A stretch of 32,508 nt of DNA, taken from positions 1 to 32,508 of the forward strand of contig CAZQBY010000012.1 of NCBI GenBank assembly GCA_964592405.1, written 5' to 3'. Under the pieces are notes generated by a model. It had not been told where the DNA came from, searched no databases, and saw only the letters and a list, made by a program, of their open reading frames with translations. Position numbers and translations under genes: made by a program. Shown here piece by piece: positions 26,826-32,508 of this stretch. Positions within the stretch are counted from its first letter, which is position 1, and each line of letters starts with the position of its first letter. This DNA is from an uncultured archaeon. Lineage in GTDB: Archaea > Altiarchaeota > Altiarchaeia > JAFGQM01.

Positions 26826-27487
26826 CGCTGGTAAAGATATGTGGACTGACCAATGCCGAGGATACCCGCATGGCCATGGATCTGGGTGCAGATCTTCTGG
26901 GCTTTGTCAATGCCGAGGGTTCTCCCCGCTACCTGACACCGGATGAAATAGCCAGGATAATATCAGAAGTCCAGCCGGTCGTGCCCACAGTCCTGGTAAC
27001 CCATCTTCAGGATGTGGATCAGATCCTCAATAATTTTGATGCTGCTACGACAGATATCCTCCAGCTTCATGCCCCCCTGACCTTGGATGATTACAGGAGG
27101 ATAATGGAGGCGGTCCCAGTGGTCATAGCCAATGTTTCAGTAGATGCGGACCAGAGGGTGCTAACCAGGGAACTCAGAGAACGCGTTTACAGGCTCTCGG
27201 AAATCGTCAGTTATATACTTCTTGACACACGCTTTGGGGGGGAGATAGGCGGAACCGGCAGAAGCTATGACTGGTCTATAGCAGCAGCTCTGAAGGCGGT
27301 CTCACATAAACCTATCATTATCGCTGGTGGACTCAACTCCGACAATGTAGCGGAGGCTGTAAGACAGGTTCATCCCTTTGCTGTGGATGTCTCCAGCGGT
27401 GTAGAATCTGCACCCGGCAGGAAAGATGTGGAAATGATGAGAGCCTTCATAGAGAATGCCAAAATGCATAAATATCAGGGTGCCTAA
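26822..27487 (+). CDS. trpF: Phosphoribosylanthranilate isomerase
   Basis: VKICGLT, SPRY, QLH, GGTG..YDW, AGGL..DNV, VDVSSGVES.PGRKD. Confidence 0.96.
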   Translation: MTLVKICGLTNAEDTRMAMDLGADLLGFVNAEGSPRYLTPDEIARIISEVQPVVPTVLVTHLQDVDQILNNFDAATTDILQLHAPLTLDDYRRIMEAVPVVIANVSVDADQRVLTRELRERVYRLSEIVSYILLDTRFGGEIGGTGRSYDWSIAAALKAVSHKPIIIAGGLNSDNVAEAVRQVHPFAVDVSSGVESAPGRKDVEMMRAFIENAKMHKYQGA

Positions 27488-27903
27488 ACCTCCCTTATGA
27501 GGAACCACTTGTCGCAGTTGGCACCGGATTCCTTCATAATCTCCATAACAGTCTCATTGATAGCATAGCACACACGCAAAACCTCTTTTGGCTCAGTCCC
27601 TGCAGGAGGTTTTTCAACCACTCCAGAGGGCTGACCGGTATATATGGTATATACATATATACCCAATATCAGTATGGCTGCAACAGCTACTATAACGGCA
27701 GCTATCCGCCCCCTGTTATCTGTCCTCTTCCTTTTGGGCCTTCTGACTATTTTCTTTCTGTCTACATTTGCTATGACAGTCTTTATATCTTCTGGGTCGT
27801 AACCTGATTCTGTCATTGCCCTTCTGAGTGACTCGAGGGTTCTGCCATCCCTCAGCCCAGCTTCTACAGCCTCTGCCAGCCTCTTTATCTCAGATTCATC
27901 CAT
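27484..27903 (-). CDS. Hypothetical single-pass membrane protein
   Basis: Start reassigned to MDESEIK (27903). Helical N-terminal domain, basic patch RRPKRKR, one TM segment, C-terminal two-Cys segment. Confidence 0.7.
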   Translation of the reverse strand: MDESEIKRLAEAVEAGLRDGRTLESLRRAMTESGYDPEDIKTVIANVDRKKIVRRPKRKRTDNRGRIAAVIVAVAAILILGIYVYTIYTGQPSGVVEKPPAGTEPKEVLRVCYAINETVMEIMKESGANCDKWFLIREV

Positions 27904-27946
27904 ACCTATCCTATTACCGATTTTATACCTTTTAACTTGTATGCTT

Positions 27947-27980
27947 AAAAAATATTCCGTGCCAAAAAATATTCCGTGCC
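27947..27980. repeat. Perfect 17-nt tandem duplication in a divergent promoter region
   Basis: AAAAAATATTCCGTGCC at 27947-27963 and 27964-27980. Confidence 0.9.
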
Positions 27981-28043
27981 AAGACAATAGATGTATATCA
28001 GACAATAATATCAGGTTTTTCTTATCCATATGCTTATTATTGC

Positions 28044-28589
28044 ATGAATTCACTCTCAAAGTTGCAGGTGTTGATGGCAGGGTTTCTGCTCCTTATTGTA
28101 GCCGCCTTCATAATTGAGCTGACACTTGTCATCCCCGCCCTGATGCTTTTCATCCTCCAGTTTCCTGTTGTCCGGAGCGGTCTCAGAAGGGACTATCCCG
28201 AGGACTGGGCAAAGTATACCGCGCTCATTCTAATCTATGAGGCAATACTTGCAGCAGTGTTCTTCATAATGGCAACCACCCCCCGCTCCTATATGGATAT
28301 TGGGGCCGTCTATAACATCTTCCTGATTCTCATATTTGTCATAGTCTTGGTGATAGCCATGCGCTACCTAATTGTGAGGAGCTACTGCTATGGAACTGTC
28401 CTGTTCTCAGCAGGTAAATGGGCGGGCGTTCATCTTAAAAGCGATCTGTTCTCAAAGGTTAATGAAGCAGATTATGCAGTAAGGAACCCGCTGAATCTCA
28501 AGCTTAAGAAAGGCAACCGCGTGAAAGTGAGTGTACGTAGGGGCATGGCCAATTCTGTTCCTACAGATATTATTGAGGTGGTTAAATGA
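28044..28589 (+). CDS. DUF2101-like membrane protein (associated with archaeal type IV pilus loci)
   Basis: TM helices followed by RSYCYGTV...D..S.V....Y.V......KKG.RVKV.V.......P..IIEV, matching my recollection of the DUF2101 C-terminal domain; lies upstream of a prepilin peptidase. Confidence 0.6.
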   Translation: MNSLSKLQVLMAGFLLLIVAAFIIELTLVIPALMLFILQFPVVRSGLRRDYPEDWAKYTALILIYEAILAAVFFIMATTPRSYMDIGAVYNIFLILIFVIVLVIAMRYLIVRSYCYGTVLFSAGKWAGVHLKSDLFSKVNEADYAVRNPLNLKLKKGNRVKVSVRRGMANSVPTDIIEVVK

Positions 28590-28960
28590 CCCTGCCAATC
28601 GGCTCTATTTTGGGAAAAATAACCAGCAGAAACAACTTTGTGGTCAGCCGTGCCCTCTTTGAACAGCAGAAAAACAAAAATGAGATCTACAAACTAAAAC
28701 AGGCTTTTACACCGCATGCAGACCAAAAAATATACACTGCATTCAGAACCGCCTATCCATTCCTTATCGATATGCCTCTGGACAGCAGGGACCAGCAGAA
28801 GGCCAAGGCTCTTGCCACCTCCCTGACGCTTTCCATGGAGGAGGCTGCAGATCTCTATCTTGCCAAGAAACTCGGCTGCACGCTCGCCATAACCGAGAAA
28901 CAGATATGGCTTGAAAAGGCTGCCAAGAAGGCGCATGTAAAAACAAGGGTATTCCTATGA
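28586..28960 (+). CDS. Small degenerate PIN-like (DUF3368-like) protein
   Basis: NFVVS strand, then LSMEEAADLYLAKKLGCTLAITE resembling the PIN/DUF3368 L..GEA..I.LA.....L.TDD motif; ATGA-coupled on both sides. Confidence 0.45.
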   Translation: MTLPIGSILGKITSRNNFVVSRALFEQQKNKNEIYKLKQAFTPHADQKIYTAFRTAYPFLIDMPLDSRDQQKAKALATSLTLSMEEAADLYLAKKLGCTLAITEKQIWLEKAAKKAHVKTRVFL

Positions 28961-29832
28961 TGGATTTTCTGCTACCAAACCTCGTAATGTTTCTCACAGC
29001 ACTTGGTTTCTCGCTCTCTTCCTCTTACTACGACCTGAAGACAGGCGAGATTCCGGACAGGTTCACGCTGGGGCTGGTGGCAGTCGCCTTGGTGCTGAGG
29101 ACGGGCTTCTCCGCCCTACTGGCCGACTTTACTTACCTCCTTGATGGCATCCTCGTTGGTGGAATATTCTTCGGCTTTGGTGCCGCATTATTCTACACTG
29201 GCGGCTGGGGCGGAGGGGATGCCAAGCTAATAGCCGGCATAGGAGCGGCTTTAGGCGGGCTTACTGCCCCTTCAATAATCGACTCCTCACTCACCATATT
29301 CCCTGCATTTTTCGGCATGCTGGTGGCGCTTTCCGTGGTGGCCATACCATACTCACTGGCCTATGCCCTCATCCTGTCCTTCAGGTCCCCAAGGGTCTTC
29401 CGCCTCACTTACAACCGCCTGAGGGGGGGCTGGTTCCCTTTCGTGCTCGCGTGCGTGGTTAGCGTCGCGATGGTGGCTGTCCTCAAGCCCTACAACACTC
29501 TCATGGCTCTCGCTCTGCTCTCACCGCCCGCCTTCTATGTCCTCATCATCTTCGTGCGCGCGGTGGAGGAGCTGGCCATGCAGAAGGAGATCAGTGTGGA
29601 TGAACTCAAGGAGGGCGACATGGTTGTTGAGGACCTTGTGGCCGACGGCGAGAAGATAATCAGCAGGAGAAACATGGACGGGATATCCGAGGAATCCCTT
29701 GAGAAGCTCAGGAAAGCAAAGAAGAAGCCGAAGAAGGTCAAGATAAAATGGGGCATCAGGTTCGCCCCCGCGTTCCCGCTCGCGATACTGCTGAGCCCGT
29801 TCTGGACCAAGATAATTGCGACCTTGATATGA
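28957..29832 (+). CDS. A24-family prepilin/prearchaellin peptidase (FlaK/PibD/EppA-like)
   Basis: Catalytic Asp motifs YYDLKTGEIPD and WGGGDAKL; ELKEGD insertion; C-terminal IRFAPAF; multiple TM helices. Confidence 0.9.
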   Translation: MMDFLLPNLVMFLTALGFSLSSSYYDLKTGEIPDRFTLGLVAVALVLRTGFSALLADFTYLLDGILVGGIFFGFGAALFYTGGWGGGDAKLIAGIGAALGGLTAPSIIDSSLTIFPAFFGMLVALSVVAIPYSLAYALILSFRSPRVFRLTYNRLRGGWFPFVLACVVSVAMVAVLKPYNTLMALALLSPPAFYVLIIFVRAVEELAMQKEISVDELKEGDMVVEDLVADGEKIISRRNMDGISEESLEKLRKAKKKPKKVKIKWGIRFAPAFPLAILLSPFWTKIIATLI

Positions 29833-29899
29833 TATCCCTGATATAATATTTTTATACCAACTGCCATAAACTTAAGAGTTTATTCACATATTCATCCGA

Positions 29900-31405
29900 A
29901 TGAACTCTAGAACAGTGTTTGTTTTGGCTGTGATAATTACCCTGCTCGTAGTAATCATAATCTCTATCCCCCCGCAGCCACCCGAGGTGTCCGGGCCTCT
30001 GCCCCAAGAAGAGAGCTATTGCGGCGACGGCGCCTGCGACTATGGGGAGGATTGTGAGACATGCGCGCAGGATTGTGGTAATTGCCCTCCCCCCGAAACG
30101 CTCGCTAGGCTCGGGGAACTGCTTCCGACGCAGCAGTGCGACTTCTCCAGTGATGGTGAGGCTTACCAACAGGCTGCAGAAACTCTGAACTTGGCGATCT
30201 GTAATTGCATAGAATATGAACCGACGAAGGAAAATTGCGAGAGGACAGTCTTGGACTCTCTTTATTATGAGCGAGCATTGAACTCCTTGGACATACGCCT
30301 CTGCGACATGATATCAGGCTCTATGCTAAGGGATGTTTGCAAGAATGTCGTTCAGCAGGGACTAGACTTTTTGTCCGAGAACGAGACAGCATACCTTGCC
30401 CAGCTATACCAAAAATCGCAGAACTGGGAAGGGACCATAGAGCTCTTAGAATCGCAGGATATCCGGGACGACTTCGAGTCGCTCGTGACCCTAGCGCTCG
30501 CCTATGCAGAGAAGATATTAGTAGAATACTCCGCAGACCAGTATCTCGAGACTGCCTTGGCAGCCATAGACCGCGCGATAGAGCTGGAGCCAGACAACCC
30601 CGTTGGATACAAAGTCAAGGGCTACGTCTATGAGGCCAGTGGGGATTTGTTCAAGGCCCTGGAGTGGTACACAAAGGCCATTGAGATAGACCCAAAACAC
30701 ATACCTGCTTACATAGGAAGGGGCCATGCCTACAACAAGCTCGGCGACCTGCCCAAGGCCTTAGCCGATTTCGAGAAGGCCAAGGACCTAGATGTGAACG
30801 AGACGTACGAGCATATATATGCTCAACTATGCAGGCTCTACTCGACTAAGGCCGACCAGCTGGATGATGCCATAGAGAACTGTTTGAAGGTCTTGGAGGG
30901 CGACTTCTACGATGTAACGGTTGACGACAAGCTCGGCGCGCACATAATCCTTGCTGAACTTTATATGATCGTCAATAGGTTCGACGAGGCATACACCCAC
31001 ATACAATCAGCAATGGTCTATGCGCCGGAGAGCCCAGATGTGCTGGTCGCGCTGTCCAAGTGGTACTTCCTCACCGAGGATTATGCCATGGCGAGGGACG
31101 CCGCTGAAAGGGCTTTATCAAAGGACCCGATGAAGGCAGCAGCCTACTACTCGCTGTCGAGGGCTGCCTTTTACTTGGGCGACACGGACACAGCCATCGA
31201 GGCGGCCCTGCACGGGTTGGATGTCATAGATGACGATGTCTCCCTCCTAATACCTCAGAAGCCATCCGTGAAGCGGCTTTTATACTACCAACTGGCGAAC
31301 ATATATGATTTCCTCGGCGACGAGGAGAATGAGCGTAATTATGCTGAGATGGGGGAGTCAGTATACGCGAAATTTGAGAATTCGACAGATTATTACGTGA
31401 TATAA
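29900..31405 (+). CDS. Exported or membrane-anchored TPR-repeat protein with Cys-rich N-terminal motif
   Basis: N-terminal hydrophobic segment; CGDGACDYGEDCETCAQDC; multiple TPRs (AIELEPDN..GY..KG, AIEIDPK..AYIGRG..Y..LG...AL.DF.KA). Confidence 0.85.
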   Translation: MNSRTVFVLAVIITLLVVIIISIPPQPPEVSGPLPQEESYCGDGACDYGEDCETCAQDCGNCPPPETLARLGELLPTQQCDFSSDGEAYQQAAETLNLAICNCIEYEPTKENCERTVLDSLYYERALNSLDIRLCDMISGSMLRDVCKNVVQQGLDFLSENETAYLAQLYQKSQNWEGTIELLESQDIRDDFESLVTLALAYAEKILVEYSADQYLETALAAIDRAIELEPDNPVGYKVKGYVYEASGDLFKALEWYTKAIEIDPKHIPAYIGRGHAYNKLGDLPKALADFEKAKDLDVNETYEHIYAQLCRLYSTKADQLDDAIENCLKVLEGDFYDVTVDDKLGAHIILAELYMIVNRFDEAYTHIQSAMVYAPESPDVLVALSKWYFLTEDYAMARDAAERALSKDPMKAAAYYSLSRAAFYLGDTDTAIEAALHGLDVIDDDVSLLIPQKPSVKRLLYYQLANIYDFLGDEENERNYAEMGESVYAKFENSTDYYVI

Positions 31406-31406
31406 G

Positions 31407-32508
31407 ATGAAAACTGACAGAAAGGCTTTCGCGGTTTTTTGTGTATCCCTATTCTTAATTCTGCTCCAACAGGCTCGTGCCGAAGTGCAAGTCTGCAACC
31501 CCCCCGGAGTATGCGGATCTGCTTATCCCGAGGAATACCAGGTCGAGGTGGAATATACGAGCCATTACAACTGGACATACTGTGGATACGCCCACCATCT
31601 TCCGATAACCGGAGTGATTTCATGTTATTCGCCGGAGTACCACGGGTCCGCGCCGTCGTTCTTGCCCACCGGCTGGTGGTGCACCGACCACCCCGAGCCC
31701 ACCAAAATCGATTATCGCCAGGAGCCGAGATGGAAGTGCCATTACATCCACCGTGTAGTTGATTGGACCGAGTGCTACAACCATATGCGGTATGCAGCAT
31801 CTGTTGAGTGGAGGGTGTTGACCGGGTACACATCTCCTCTCTCCTGTGAGAACCTGAATATCCCCTTTCAGCGCTTCTGCAACTCGCCTCCGACTATCCC
31901 ATCCATACAACTGGTGCCGGCAGACACCAGCAAACCTGTGCCTGGACCCGATGACGATTTGGTTTGCAGGGTTATAATCCCCAGCGACGATCCAGATGAG
32001 CCGTATCCGTTCGATTCGATTACGTATGATATCACACTCCTTAGGAACGGGGAGCCATTTGACAGAGCCACACAAACCCTTCTGGCAGGGCATACTGCAT
32101 CGGACGTGAACCCTTACCTAATAAGTTCGGAAGATACCGAAGCAAACGATGTCTGGAAATGCAGGGTGATAGCCTGCGATCCCTTCACTTGCACGCCGCC
32201 TGTCGAGCGGCAGATTACGGTATCTCCCCCCGAGATATGCGATGACAACCTAGACAACGATTGGGATGGCCTGATAGACTGCGACGACCCGGACTGCTGC
32301 GATGATACCGGCTGCCTGGCAGACTACTTCGGCAGTAATGAGTCTGCGGCAGGGCCTAATGGAATCCCCGGCATCTGCTGTGCCAACGGGCTGGATGAAG
32401 ACGGTGATGGCCTTGTGGACACCAGCGACCCGGACTGTGCCGGCTTCATGGAAATATGCAACGACAGCATTGACAACGACGGCGACTCGCTCATAGACTG
32501 CCTGGATC
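31407..32508 (+). CDS. Secreted Cys/Asp-rich surface protein (3'-truncated; not in the ORF track)
   Basis: Manual translation from ATG 31407 is open to the window end. Signal peptide MKTDRKAFAVFCVSLFLILLQQARA; Ig-like segment NSPPTIPSI...DDLVC...WKCRVIACD; repeats EICDDNLDNDWDGLIDCDDPDC and EICNDSIDNDGDSLIDC. Confidence 0.88.
   Translation, partial: MKTDRKAFAVFCVSLFLILLQQARAEVQVCNPPGVCGSAYPEEYQVEVEYTSHYNWTYCGYAHHLPITGVISCYSPEYHGSAPSFLPTGWWCTDHPEPTKIDYRQEPRWKCHYIHRVVDWTECYNHMRYAASVEWRVLTGYTSPLSCENLNIPFQRFCNSPPTIPSIQLVPADTSKPVPGPDDDLVCRVIIPSDDPDEPYPFDSITYDITLLRNGEPFDRATQTLLAGHTASDVNPYLISSEDTEANDVWKCRVIACDPFTCTPPVERQITVSPPEICDDNLDNDWDGLIDCDDPDCCDDTGCLADYFGSNESAAGPNGIPGICCANGLDEDGDGLVDTSDPDCAGFMEICNDSIDNDGDSLIDCLD

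Noticed and set aside
27947-27980. CRISPR array
   Set aside because: Two adjacent 17-nt copies with no spacer; no repeat-spacer arrays or cas genes in the window.
31393-32496. Short ORFs listed in the last 1.1 kb
   Set aside because: All are shadow frames of the long + strand ORF starting at 31407.

Overview
Archaeal chromosomal segment, judged from aIF5B, aIF2-gamma, eS6, Gar1, TFB-like genes, Rio1/Dim2, a type I GGPP synthase and TATA/BRE-type promoters. The Cys-rich surface proteins and short orphan genes suggest a DPANN-like lineage, but that is inference. Housekeeping content: idsA, hisH, dim2, rio1, argS, aroE, rqcH, gar1, infB (with a 613-aa LAGLIDADG intein), rps6e, eif2g, trpD-trpC-trpF, and a DUF2101/prepilin-peptidase locus. 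The most unusual part is 22705-24900. There, a protein of three tandem TFIIB-type cyclin repeats plus a probable winged helix (no Zn ribbon) is transcribed divergently from a coiled-coil/wHTH protein, across a promoter with heptamer repeats and a perfect palindrome. A GC-rich, strongly structured ~220-nt putative ncRNA that I cannot assign to a known family follows directly. Other points of note: a second Zn-ribbon-less TFB at the gar1 locus; a structured leader before rps6e; two basic orphan genes inserted between infB and rps6e; a degenerate PIN-like domain present both as the cytoplasmic tail of a surface protein and as a stand-alone gene; and a secreted Cys-rich ORF (31407 to the end) missing from the ORF track. 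All assignments come from reading motifs by eye; no searches or folding computations were run.
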